A DNA stretch of 64,000 nucleotides from Acidobacteriota bacterium (GTDB taxonomy: Bacteria > Acidobacteriota > Terriglobia > Acidiferrales > UBA7541). How positions within the stretch are numbered: position 1 is the first letter of the stretch; every line of letters begins with the position of its first letter. Positions 9,997 through 19,387 of the stretch are shown here, piece by piece. The position numbers and the translations under genes were made by a program. The stretch spans positions 90,347 through 154,346 of the forward strand of contig QHZD01000023.1 in NCBI GenBank assembly GCA_003225315.1, read 5' to 3'. A model generated the notes under the pieces. It was not told the DNA's origin and ran no database searches. It saw nothing but the letters and a program-made list of their open reading frames with translations.

Positions 9997-10000
9997 TTGA

Positions 10001-11599
10001 TCAGTCGGGTAACAGCAATCGGAGTTTCAAGTCCGTCTGCGAACTCCGCTCTGCCTCAAGCTTGCGTGACTCGGCAAACTGACTATCGGACTCGGCGGTT
10101 CTGCCAAGACGGCGAAACAACAAGCCGAGCTGATAGTGGGCTTGCACGGACCCGGGATCGAGCAGAACCGCGCGTTCAAGTTCTTCCTGGGCTTCGTCAT
10201 AGTGGTGCTGTCTCAAAAGTATGCTCCCCAGCTTGACACACGAAGGCGCATGCTCGCCGTGACTCCTGAGCAGGTCGCGAAACACCACAACAGCCCGATC
10301 ATCCTCGCCAAGCGCATCATAAGTAAGGCCCAGGTAGTAGGAAGCCGCAACCTGATCGGGCTGCGCTTGCAGGCTTTGTTTGAGCAAGGACTCGGCCTCG
10401 GGGTACTTGCCCTGCAGGTAGTTCACTGCCCCGATCGAATACTTCACGACGGCATCATGCGGATGCTTTTGTAGTAGCCGTGCGAATAGCGACGCAGCTT
10501 TGGAGAGGTTGCCTCTAGCGACGTTGGCGGAAGCCAAAACATAGACGTACGGATCCCGGTCGGGTTTTAGCGCGACTGCCTTTTCGAGCGCAGGCAAAGC
10601 ATCCTCCAGCAGATTTCGCTGTAGGCACACTTTTCCGAACTCGAAAAGGATTTCAGGATCTTCAGGATCCAGTTGTTTCGCCGTGACCAGGTACGCCAAA
10701 GCCTTCTCTGTATTCCCTTGCCGCTCCGCAATCTCGGCAAGGCCCTGGTCACAAACCGTGCACGCCGGGTTCAAGTCGAGCGCGCGTTGAAAGTTCTGCT
10801 CTGCTCTGTCCATAACTCCCAGGGACAAGTAGCTTTTTCCGAGCTGCAAGGCTAGCGTGGGGGAAGGATGCTCAGCGCTCTTTACTTCTTCGGCTTCGAA
10901 AACCTGTTTCGCCTCGAGGATCATTCCGAACATCGTCAAGACATTGCCAAATTCCAGGGATGTTTCGTCGGACGCGGCGGGCAACTGCTGCCAGTTACGA
11001 ACCAGGCCCCTAAGGGCTTCTTTTTCCCCCAGCGAACCATAGTCCGTTGCCAGCAACAGAATACCGTCATCGGACTCGCTTAGTTGAGCTATGATCGGGC
11101 CTGCCACTTCCAAGGAATGCCGATAGTTATGGAGAGATGCATCAACCTTGGCCAATTCAAACCGGGCGTTGAAGTTCCCGGGATCGAGCTTCACAGCCTC
11201 CCGGAAGCTTCTCCGCGCCAAATCCGGTTTACCCTGCAATAAGTAAGCGTTTCCCAGACTCGTTCGAGCGCCCACCAAATGAGGATTAAGCGCTAAGGCC
11301 TGGGTTAGAAAGCTCGTGCTCTCTTTATATTTGCCTTCCTCCAGCCGGATCGTTCCCAGCATCGCCAAAGCCAGCGCTCGAGTGGGCGGATTTCCCAGGG
11401 CCTGGCGCGCTTCAGTTTCCGCCTGGTCCATTTGTCCCTGGCTCAGCAGACGCGCCGCCATCTCAATATGGTTGAGCTGTGCCAACCCGACGATGGGGAA
11501 AATCAGAAGTGCAAGACACAGCTTGTACCAGCAGAGTGCGGGCCCAGCCCGGCAAGCGCAGTGCCGGAGGAACTCTGCGCGCTCACCAAAACTGCGCAT
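10001..11599 (-). CDS. Exported tetratricopeptide-repeat protein
   Basis: 532 aa of TPR-like helices (ALALNPHL..ARTSLGNAY, AVLLDPGSVQAHYQLG); stop lies 4 nt before the CRTAC1 paralog 2 start. Confidence 0.88.
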   Translation of the reverse strand: MRSFGERAEFLRHCACRAGPALCWYKLCLALLIFPIVGLAQLNHIEMAARLLSQGQMDQAETEARQALGNPPTRALALAMLGTIRLEEGKYKESTSFLTQALALNPHLVGARTSLGNAYLLQGKPDLARRSFREAVKLDPGNFNARFELAKVDASLHNYRHSLEVAGPIIAQLSESDDGILLLATDYGSLGEKEALRGLVRNWQQLPAASDETSLEFGNVLTMFGMILEAKQVFEAEEVKSAEHPSPTLALQLGKSYLSLGVMDRAEQNFQRALDLNPACTVCDQGLAEIAERQGNTEKALAYLVTAKQLDPEDPEILFEFGKVCLQRNLLEDALPALEKAVALKPDRDPYVYVLASANVARGNLSKAASLFARLLQKHPHDAVVKYSIGAVNYLQGKYPEAESLLKQSLQAQPDQVAASYYLGLTYDALGEDDRAVVVFRDLLRSHGEHAPSCVKLGSILLRQHHYDEAQEELERAVLLDPGSVQAHYQLGLLFRRLGRTAESDSQFAESRKLEAERSSQTDLKLRLLLPD

Positions 11600-11772
11600 A
11601 TTCCTTCATCATAGCAAGCTGCCACAACCGGGGCAACTTCTTAGAGTTTTTGTGAACGCGCGAACACGCGAAAACATTGTGAGCGTGCGTCCGCAGGTGT
11701 AAATTCTCTTGTCAACGAGTTGGACGGTATTCTGCTGAAGTCGTGCAGCTATCTGGGGAGCTCCACAGCTTA

Positions 11773-13512
11773 ATGTTCAATCAGAGAAGGCCGCACATCC
11801 GCTCGCGCCGTGGCTTCCTGAAGCGTCTGCTCGCTGCGCTCGTCGGGGGCTATCTGCCACGCTCCCCACGACCATACTGCCTCGCAGCGCCTCAGAGCGG
11901 TGGCAAGTTTCCGTTTGAGCTTGTCCCGCCTGCGGTGAGCGGGATTACGTGGGTACACCACAACGGGCGCTCCCCGGAGATGTACTTGCCGGAAACCGTG
12001 GGTGCGGGATGCGCATTCATCGATTATGACAACGACGGCTGGATGGACATTTACCTGGTCAACAGCGGCAAGTGTGATTTCTTCGATCCCGAGTCACCGC
12101 TCCGCAATGCGCTTTACCGGAACAATCGCGACGGAACATTCACTGACGTGACCGAAAAGGCCGGCGTCGGCGGCGGCGGGTATGGGATGGGTGTGGCGGC
12201 CGGCGATTACGACGGCGACGGCTTGCCCGACCTCCTTGTGACGCAGTACAACGGCGTCATTCTCTACCACAACAACGGCGACGGCACGTTTAGCGATGTG
12301 ACCAGGAAAGCTGGCCTGCCCACCAAGGGCTGGGCATCGAGTGCCGTCTGGTTTGACTACGACAACGACGGAAAACTTGACCTCTTTATTTGCCGGTTTG
12401 TGGATTTCGACAAGTCCAAGAATAAGTTTTGCGGCAACCCTCAGACCGGCCAACGCTACTACTGCATCCCACGCGTCTACGACCCTATGCCGAGCTGGCT
12501 GTTCCACAACAATGGCGACGGCACTTTTACAGACGTCAGCCACGAGTCTGGGATCTCGAAGTCCCCCGGCAAGGCCTGGGGCGTCGTCGCCTGCGACATC
12601 AACAACGATGGGCGGATGGATTTATTCGTCGCCAATGACACAATGGCGAATTTCCTGTTTGTCAATCGTGGCAATGGGAAGTTCGAAGAGATAGGCCTTC
12701 AGGCCAACGTGGGCTACAGCGCCGAGGGGCGGCCGCGCTCCGGGATGGGGGTGGACTCCGCCGACTACGACCAGGACGGCTGGATGGACCTGTTCGTCAC
12801 CAACGTAGACCAGGAGATGTATTCGCTTTACCGCAACAATCGCGATGAGACCTTCGACGATATGGCCATTCCTTATGGCATTGGCAAGGTCACGCGCCTG
12901 ATGAGCGGCTGGGGTGTGAAATTTCTCGATTACGACAACGACGGCACGCCCGACCTCTTGCTTGCCAACGGCCACCCTGACGACAAAATCCAGGAGCATT
13001 CCAGCGAAGTGAAATACCGCGAGCCCATGTTGCTCTTTCACGGCACGGGCCGAGGATTCGAGAATGTGACGGCTGGCAGCGGTCCCGTTTTCTCAAAGCC
13101 ATATGCCGCACGCGGCATGGCGATTGGCGATTTCAATAACGATGGCGCCCTCGATGTGTTGGTCGCAATCAACAATGGGTCGCCTCTGCTGCTCAAGAAT
13201 CAGGTTGGCCGGCTAAGCCATTGGTTGGGCGTAAGACTGGTCGCGAAGGGAACCAATCCCGACGCTGTGGGTGCGCTGATTACCTGGCAGGCCGGAGACT
13301 TGAAGCGATCACACTTCAGGACGGGAGCGGGAAGTTATCTGGCCTCTCACGACCCGCGCGTGGTGTTGGGCATCGGCAGGCGCACCCAGATCGACTGGGT
13401 CGAGGTGAAGTGGCCGCTGCCAAGCGGCCGCGCGGAACGCTTCACCAATCTCCCAGTCAATCAATACATTACACTCGTGGAAGGGCAGGGGAACCCGCTG
13501 CGAAAACCTTGA
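11773..13512 (+). CDS. CRTAC1-family protein, paralog 3 (Tat-like signal)
   Basis: ATG 11773; [11 protein letters not shown]; [22 protein letters not shown]; [16 protein letters not shown]; [16 protein letters not shown]...VEVKWP. Confidence 0.92.
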   Translation: MFNQRRPHIRSRRGFLKRLLAALVGGYLPRSPRPYCLAAPQSGGKFPFELVPPAVSGITWVHHNGRSPEMYLPETVGAGCAFIDYDNDGWMDIYLVNSGKCDFFDPESPLRNALYRNNRDGTFTDVTEKAGVGGGGYGMGVAAGDYDGDGLPDLLVTQYNGVILYHNNGDGTFSDVTRKAGLPTKGWASSAVWFDYDNDGKLDLFICRFVDFDKSKNKFCGNPQTGQRYYCIPRVYDPMPSWLFHNNGDGTFTDVSHESGISKSPGKAWGVVACDINNDGRMDLFVANDTMANFLFVNRGNGKFEEIGLQANVGYSAEGRPRSGMGVDSADYDQDGWMDLFVTNVDQEMYSLYRNNRDETFDDMAIPYGIGKVTRLMSGWGVKFLDYDNDGTPDLLLANGHPDDKIQEHSSEVKYREPMLLFHGTGRGFENVTAGSGPVFSKPYAARGMAIGDFNNDGALDVLVAINNGSPLLLKNQVGRLSHWLGVRLVAKGTNPDAVGALITWQAGDLKRSHFRTGAGSYLASHDPRVVLGIGRRTQIDWVEVKWPLPSGRAERFTNLPVNQYITLVEGQGNPLRKP

Positions 13513-13700
13513 TTAGTTCTTTGCTGCAGAGAGGTTCCAGATCTTGTAGACGGCCCGGCGACCTTCGTAGGACACAATGAGGATGTTCGCCAAACCTTCC
13601 CAAAGTGGTTTTGCGCCGCGCTACCGTCCCGCCCGAGGAATCCCTTCATCGGAATGCATCTGTAAGAAAGTTGCGGCGTGATTGCGCGCCGCGGAGTCCT

Positions 13701-16700
13701 CTAGTCGCGTTGGCTCTTCGGTTGAGGCGGGTTGGCGGAGCGATTTGCGAGATTTCGCCGCATTTCTTCCAGGTCGCTTGTTTCCTTCTCCAGGCGCGTG
13801 AACGAATCCAGAGCCTTTTGGCTATCTTCCAAGTTCCCAAGCCGCCGATAAATGTGGGCCAGAACGTAATAATACGAAGACGCTCGAGGATTTAATGAAA
13901 TGGCCCGGTTCAGGGCATCGAGAGCATCAATCAGCCCTCCCTGTGCTTCCCTGGCTTTTGCCTGCTGGAACCAGGCGCCATCAGACTTGGGATCGAGTTC
14001 CGACGCGGCCCGGGCGTACGCTAGAGCCTTTTCGGAATCACCCTTCCGATTGTAATACGCGCTGAGGTTCACATGCGCCGACGCGAACTTTCCCTTCATG
14101 GCTTCGTTGATCGCAATGGCTTTCTCATAACTCGCGACAGCTCCAGCGTCATCGCCCAGAGCCTCCTGAGCAAAACCCAGACCATCCAAACTTTCCACGT
14201 ACGAAGGGTCGATATGGAGTGCGGCTTCAAACTCCTTTCGTGCAACGCTCCAATTGTCCTGGATGGAGAATAATTTGCCCAAGTTGAAATGCATCTCAGC
14301 GGATTGCGGGTTGTACCGGATCCCCTGCTCGAACTCCGCCCGGGCGGCGTCGTACCTGCCAATGATCATCAGGTTGCGGCCGAGAATCTTGTGCGCCTCA
14401 GCATTTTGGATGTCGAGTTGGAGCGATTTCGTGAGCGCCTGAATGGATTCGCCGATTTTTCGTTGGGCGAACTGGCTGTAGCCCAAGGCATACCAACCCC
14501 AAGAGGTTTTCGGGTGCTCGTTGACATAAGCAGCCAGGAGCGGCTCAACCTCCTGGAATCGCCCCGCTCGGATGTAGCCTTCAAATTCGGCGATACCTTG
14601 GGAGTCGTCCGCAAGTGCCTGGTCCTTCGAAAGCAACTGGACTTTTTCTCTGGCGAAGACGTCGCCGGGATTGAACCCCACTGCCTTTCGATACGCCGCG
14701 GCAGCACCCTGAGCATCGCCTTCCTTTTCAAGAGCCACTCCCAAGAAATGCTGGGCGTCTGAAGATTCGGGCTGGAGCTCAACCGCGTGCCGAAATTTGG
14801 CGGCGGCTTGATCCAAATCACCTTTGTCGAGCGCCACGCGGCCTTCGACGATATCCAAATCAGCGTTCTGCCTCCGGTCGTCGGAGGAAGCCAATTCGCG
14901 GCTCTTCTGCAACTCAGCAGTGGCCTCATCCTTTTGTCCTGCCCGCGCCAGAGCCAGCCCAAGCTGGTAATGAGCCTTGGTATTCTGTGGCTCAAGCCGC
15001 GCCGCTTCCCGAAGCTCTCCGATAGATTCCTCCACTTTCCCGTCGCTGAGAAGTGCCTTACCCAAAGCGAGGCGCGCACGCGCAAAGTTTGGTTCGGTCG
15101 CGACTACCTTACGCAACTGTTCGATTTCTTTAGCCGGCCCAGAGCTCGGGTCTGACCCGTACGCCACCGCGAGATTGAACTGCGCTTTCAACAGTCCCGG
15201 GGCGAGCGCTACGGCTCGCTGGAGTTCCCGCACGGCCTCTCGACTGTCCGTAGGAATGAGGACGGTGCCTAGATTCGCGTGCGCGTCCGCATAATCGGGT
15301 CGGATGCGCAGAGCCTCACGAAACTCGGCGATAGCTGCTTTGTCCTCGTTGCCCTGCGCTAGCACCAGCCCTATGTTATTGTGTGCATCCGCGAAATCCG
15401 GGCGCAGGCGCACGGCCTCACGAAACTCCGCCAGAACATCTTTGCTGTCTGCACCCTTGCGTCCAAGCAGCAGTCCGAGCATGTTGTGCGCTTCGGCGCG
15501 GTCCGGCTTCGCAGCCAACGCTCCGCGAATGCCTGCAATCGCCATATCCCAATCGGGGCTGGGACCAGACGAAGCGGAAATATTGATCCCGGCCTCGAAT
15601 TGCGCCATCGCTTTATCGAGATCGCCTGCGCGAAGATAAACAGTTCCGAGGTCGATGTATGTGGCGGAGAAGGACGGCAGGAGCGCAATCGCGCATTGTA
15701 GGTTTCGTCGTGCGTTCTCTATCTGGCCCGTTTCGCCCAGAGCGGTTCCGAGAAAGGCGTAGCCAGCGCCTGCCGACGGATCAAGTCGAACAGCCTCTTG
15801 CAGCTCGGAAATGCCTTTGGTTTTCAAACCGCTGTACCACAGCGCAACACCAAAATTGTAGTGTGAGTCAGAAAGGTCCGGCCGGAGCGCTACGGCGCGC
15901 TCCAAGTGGACCAGCGCAGAAGGCAAATCTCCTCTTTGGCCTAGTATGAAACCGAGCAGATTGTGCGCGCCGGCGTGACTGTCATCTTTACTTAGGGCTT
16001 CGCTGAGTAGTCGTTCGGCTTCTTTCAGGTCGCCTTGTGCGGCAGTCTGCTCTCCACGCTTGTAGAGGTCGTCTGCCGGACTCGCCAGAGGCTGGCGTGG
16101 CTTGCGCAGCGATGCAGCCTGCTTCTTCAAGGCCAAGCCGAGCGCATAATAACCTTCGTGGAATTCCGGATTGATGCGCACCGAGCTCTCAAACGCTTCG
16201 ATTGCGCCCTGAAGATCTGCGCTCTGTTGTAGCGTCTGGCCGAACACGTACTGAACATCGGCGCTGTCCGGTTCGCGCTCGGCGACCAGCCGTAGATGCA
16301 CAAGAGCGCCCTTGGCATCACCTTTTTCCCGAAGAGCGACGCCCAGATTCAGGTGCGCCACTAGATTGCCAGGCTCGAGCGCGAGCGCTCTTTGAAAGGC
16401 CCCAACCGCTTCGGACAATTCGCCATTCTTGGCTAACGCCGATCCCAGGTTCGTGTACGCCCGCGCGTATTTTGGGTCAAGCGAGACGGCCTTCCTGAAT
16501 TCAGCGACGGCGCCGGGCAAATCACCTCTCTGCAATGTAGCGACACCTAACCAGTTGTGTGCCTCGGCAGAGGTGGGGCCCAACTTCACCGCGTGCTGAA
16601 AGGCTTCGAGAGCATGCAAGAAATCGTTCCGGTCCCAATACGCCAGGCCAAGCGCGACGTAGAGCTTGGGGCTGTCAGGATGTTGTTTTATTTCATCTTG

Positions 16701-16817
16701 AATCTGGCTGACCGATGCCGGCTCATTTTTACTTAGCTGTGCCCGGCCGGGCAGAATCGAACCCACCAGGAGAACGACCAAGCCTAGAGTTCGATTAACT
16801 TTCGCGCGACTGTCCAT
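13701..16817 (-). CDS. Large exported TPR protein (~1040 aa)
   Basis: More than 20 TPR-like units (AVSLDPKYARAYTNLG, AVRLRPDFADAHNNIG). The ORF track opens at 16919; ATG 16817 (MDSRAKVNRTLGLVVLLVGSILPGRAQ) gives a signal peptide and lies downstream of promoter-like block B. Confidence 0.88.
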   Translation of the reverse strand: MDSRAKVNRTLGLVVLLVGSILPGRAQLSKNEPASVSQIQDEIKQHPDSPKLYVALGLAYWDRNDFLHALEAFQHAVKLGPTSAEAHNWLGVATLQRGDLPGAVAEFRKAVSLDPKYARAYTNLGSALAKNGELSEAVGAFQRALALEPGNLVAHLNLGVALREKGDAKGALVHLRLVAEREPDSADVQYVFGQTLQQSADLQGAIEAFESSVRINPEFHEGYYALGLALKKQAASLRKPRQPLASPADDLYKRGEQTAAQGDLKEAERLLSEALSKDDSHAGAHNLLGFILGQRGDLPSALVHLERAVALRPDLSDSHYNFGVALWYSGLKTKGISELQEAVRLDPSAGAGYAFLGTALGETGQIENARRNLQCAIALLPSFSATYIDLGTVYLRAGDLDKAMAQFEAGINISASSGPSPDWDMAIAGIRGALAAKPDRAEAHNMLGLLLGRKGADSKDVLAEFREAVRLRPDFADAHNNIGLVLAQGNEDKAAIAEFREALRIRPDYADAHANLGTVLIPTDSREAVRELQRAVALAPGLLKAQFNLAVAYGSDPSSGPAKEIEQLRKVVATEPNFARARLALGKALLSDGKVEESIGELREAARLEPQNTKAHYQLGLALARAGQKDEATAELQKSRELASSDDRRQNADLDIVEGRVALDKGDLDQAAAKFRHAVELQPESSDAQHFLGVALEKEGDAQGAAAAYRKAVGFNPGDVFAREKVQLLSKDQALADDSQGIAEFEGYIRAGRFQEVEPLLAAYVNEHPKTSWGWYALGYSQFAQRKIGESIQALTKSLQLDIQNAEAHKILGRNLMIIGRYDAARAEFEQGIRYNPQSAEMHFNLGKLFSIQDNWSVARKEFEAALHIDPSYVESLDGLGFAQEALGDDAGAVASYEKAIAINEAMKGKFASAHVNLSAYYNRKGDSEKALAYARAASELDPKSDGAWFQQAKAREAQGGLIDALDALNRAISLNPRASSYYYVLAHIYRRLGNLEDSQKALDSFTRLEKETSDLEEMRRNLANRSANPPQPKSQRD

Positions 16818-16860
16818 CGACCCGCGTCCAACAGTCAAAGCTACAAATGAAAGTTGCCAA

Positions 16861-16926
16861 GCTGCCCAAGGCCTCGTATGATAGCGCATGATCGGATAAC
16901 GCCGAAGCAAATCCTCCAAGGTTCGA
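16861..16926 (-). promoter_or_regulatory. Duplicated promoter-like block, copy B
   Basis: Homologous to 3584-3649; minus strand TTCGGC-N17-TATCAT; spaced inverted repeat CCGAAGC-N11-GGTTCGA. Confidence 0.6.
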
Positions 16927-16957
16927 ATCGAAAGTCACCCTCACCCGACGAATCTTC

Positions 16958-19045
16958 ATGAAATCTGCTAGAACTAAAAGGGTGAGCCCCGCGATGAGTT
17001 TGGCTCTGTGGTCATCGTTCAGTTTTGTTCTCTGCGGTTTGTATCTCATTTGGCCTGCGCTTCGAGCCCAGCATCAACCAGGCCCGGCTGTCGCAGCAGT
17101 AGAGATCGATGCGGATCGGGTCGAGGGTCAAATAAGCCCGGTGCTCTACGGCCAATTTGATGAATTCATGTTTGAAGGTGTGAAGCGCGGACTGACCGCT
17201 GAACTGATTCGCGATCGAAGTTTCGACGAAGCACCAAATGCGATAGGGCTGCCTCGCTATTGGGAACGCGAACCAGATGACCGCAATGATGACCCAGGGC
17301 TGCACTTCTACTGGGATGACGCAGTGTATTACCCAACGCGCCACGAATTCATGAGTGAGCGAACCGAACATTCGCTGCGGGTGAATCTTGCTGAAGACGA
17401 TGGCCAGCGCCGTGGAATCCGCCAGGGAGAAATCCCCATTCGGCAGGGACTCCCTTACCATGGCTATCTGTGGATCAAGACCGATGTATTCAAGGCTCGC
17501 ATCCATGTTGCTCTGGAAGCGGACAGGACCGGCGGGGAAACCTATTCGTCTGCGGAGATCAGTGATGTTTTCGGAGATTGGAAGAAATACGATTTCACCC
17601 TGACTCCTTCAAAGAGTGATGCGCTCGCAAAGATCGTCATCCTGTTAAGCGGAAAGGGCCGCCTCTGGCTCGACCAGGTTTCTATGTTACCGGGCGATGC
17701 CGTGGATGGCGTGCGCTCCGATGTCTTCCAGAAGATCAAAGCGTTGCGCCCTGCCTTTATTCGCTGGCCAGGCGGAAACGTTGCTCAGGATTATCACTGG
17801 ATGTGGGGCATTGGTCCGCGCGATCAGCGCCTCACATGGACAAACCTTTCCTGGGGCAACGAGCCGGAGCCCAGCGATTTTGGCACTGATGAATTCGTTC
17901 GTCTCTGCCGAAATGTCAGCGCTGAACCCTCGATTACCGTGAATGTCGAGGGCCGCGGCGCAACAGCTACTGAGGCAGCGGCGTGGGTCGAGTATGCGAA
18001 CGGCCCGGTATCTTCCCGTCAAGGCGCCATGCGCGCAGCGAACGGCAACTCCAATGCGTTCAAGGTGAAGTATTGGGAAGTTGGGAACGAAATCTGGGGA
18101 GACTGGGTTCACGGGCACAGTGATGCCAATACCTATGCACAGAACTTTGAACGCTACGCCGCAGCCATGTCCGGCGTCGACCCGTCCATCCAGCTAGTCG
18201 CTGTCGGTGACAACAACATGGACTGGAACCGCACGGTCTTGCAGCTTGCGGGTCCTCATATCGACTATCTTGCGATCCATCATTATTACGGTACCAGGGA
18301 TATGATGGGTGATCCGTCAAACCTCATGGCTCACCCATTGTCCTACGAACGCTTCTACAAGCAACTTGGTGATCTCATTCATGATCTCGTTCCCGGACGC
18401 ACAATCAAACTGGCCATCAACGAATGGAACACCTCGTCGCCCGTGCCGCGCCAACACTCGATGGAGTCTGCCTTATACGCCGCGCGGCTTATGAACGTAT
18501 TCGAGCGCAGCGATATTGTGGCCATGAGCGCCGTGTCCGACATGGTGAACGGGTGGTCGGGGGGAATGGTTCAGGCCAGCCACGACAACCTATTCGTCAC
18601 CCCAACGTACCTCGTCAACGAACTTTACAATCGCCACCTTGGCGCACAACGAATCACCGCGCGCGTAAGCAGCCCTACATTCGACGCAACCAGGGAGGGC
18701 AAAGGCGTGCCTTATTTGGATGTAGTGGCGAGCCGCACTGCTGACGGTAAGCACATCTTCATTAAAGCCGTTAATACAGATCCGCAGAGAGAGCTGCGCA
18801 CCTCAGTTCACATTGATGGGGCGCAGGTCCCTTCCAGCGCCGTCATTGAGACAATCAACGCGGATTCGATGACGTCGGCCAACAGCTTCGCGACTCCGAA
18901 CGCAGTTTCACTACAGCAGAAAACGATCAAAATCGGACCGCATTTTCTGGTCGATTTCCCCCAACACTCGGTTTCCGTCATAACCCTGAATATACTGAGT
19001 CCGACTGCTTTCCGACGTAGTACCGCAGTCGTTAATTCCGATTGA
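16958..19045 (+). CDS. Secreted GH51 alpha-L-arabinofuranosidase-like protein with CBM4/9-like insert
   Basis: LYGQFDEF; ELIRDRSF; IRWPGGNVAQDYHW; FGTDEF; YWEVGNEIWG (acid/base Glu); AINEWN (nucleophile Glu); C-terminal FPQHSVSVI. Confidence 0.9.
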   Translation: MKSARTKRVSPAMSLALWSSFSFVLCGLYLIWPALRAQHQPGPAVAAVEIDADRVEGQISPVLYGQFDEFMFEGVKRGLTAELIRDRSFDEAPNAIGLPRYWEREPDDRNDDPGLHFYWDDAVYYPTRHEFMSERTEHSLRVNLAEDDGQRRGIRQGEIPIRQGLPYHGYLWIKTDVFKARIHVALEADRTGGETYSSAEISDVFGDWKKYDFTLTPSKSDALAKIVILLSGKGRLWLDQVSMLPGDAVDGVRSDVFQKIKALRPAFIRWPGGNVAQDYHWMWGIGPRDQRLTWTNLSWGNEPEPSDFGTDEFVRLCRNVSAEPSITVNVEGRGATATEAAAWVEYANGPVSSRQGAMRAANGNSNAFKVKYWEVGNEIWGDWVHGHSDANTYAQNFERYAAAMSGVDPSIQLVAVGDNNMDWNRTVLQLAGPHIDYLAIHHYYGTRDMMGDPSNLMAHPLSYERFYKQLGDLIHDLVPGRTIKLAINEWNTSSPVPRQHSMESALYAARLMNVFERSDIVAMSAVSDMVNGWSGGMVQASHDNLFVTPTYLVNELYNRHLGAQRITARVSSPTFDATREGKGVPYLDVVASRTADGKHIFIKAVNTDPQRELRTSVHIDGAQVPSSAVIETINADSMTSANSFATPNAVSLQQKTIKIGPHFLVDFPQHSVSVITLNILSPTAFRRSTAVVNSD

Positions 19046-19069
19046 GAAAAACGGCATACTACGAGAGTC

Positions 19070-19091
19070 GTTAGGTACAAGTTAGGTACAA
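19070..19091 (+). repeat. Tandem direct repeat GTTAGGTACAA x2 (integrase arm-site-like)
   Basis: Two perfect adjacent 11-bp copies (19070-19080, 19081-19091), about 70 nt upstream of a tRNA 3' fragment. Confidence 0.75.
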
Positions 19092-19161
19092 CTAAGAGGG
19101 GGAAAATAACTGCTCGTGTCCCGTAAGCGACGCCAGACAAAGCGTTTATGGGATTCAGTTG

Positions 19162-19211
19162 TCTGGTTCGGGACCAGGAGGTCGATGGTTCAAATCCATT
19201 CGCCCCGACCA
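19162..19211 (+). pseudogene. 3' fragment of tRNA-Pro(CGG), att-like remnant
   Basis: Anticodon stem TCTGG/CCAGG with loop TTCGGGA; variable AGGTC; T-arm GATGG-TTCAAAT-CCATT; acceptor 3' strand CGCCCCG-A-CCA. No complementary 5' acceptor strand (CGGGGCG) or D-arm upstream. Confidence 0.88.
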
Positions 19212-19233
19212 CTTCTCTCCGTTGAGGTTTCTT

Positions 19234-19288
19234 CCGAGCGGAATCTCCCACCACCGCGTTCGTTATTTCGCCCTTCGATTTCGCTCGG
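19234..19288. repeat. Inverted repeat downstream of the tRNA fragment
   Basis: CCGAGCGGAATC (19234-19245) vs GATTTCGCTCGG (19277-19288): 11/12 complementary, 12/12 with one G-U pair. Confidence 0.5.
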
Positions 19289-19387
19289 TAAACCGCGGGA
19301 CCTGCCTAATCAACGGATTGCGCTAGATTCACCACCGGCCGATGCCGCTTGACAGCACTACAAAAACAAAGTATCTGAAACGCAGTC

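Noticed and set aside
19135-19211. Intact tRNA-Pro gene
   Set aside because: No 5' acceptor strand or D-arm; only the 3' part is present.
18808-19254. 148-aa minus-strand ORF (…GANGFEPSTSWSRT…)
   Set aside because: It is the antisense translation of the tRNA-Pro fragment and the GH51 3' end; not a credible protein.
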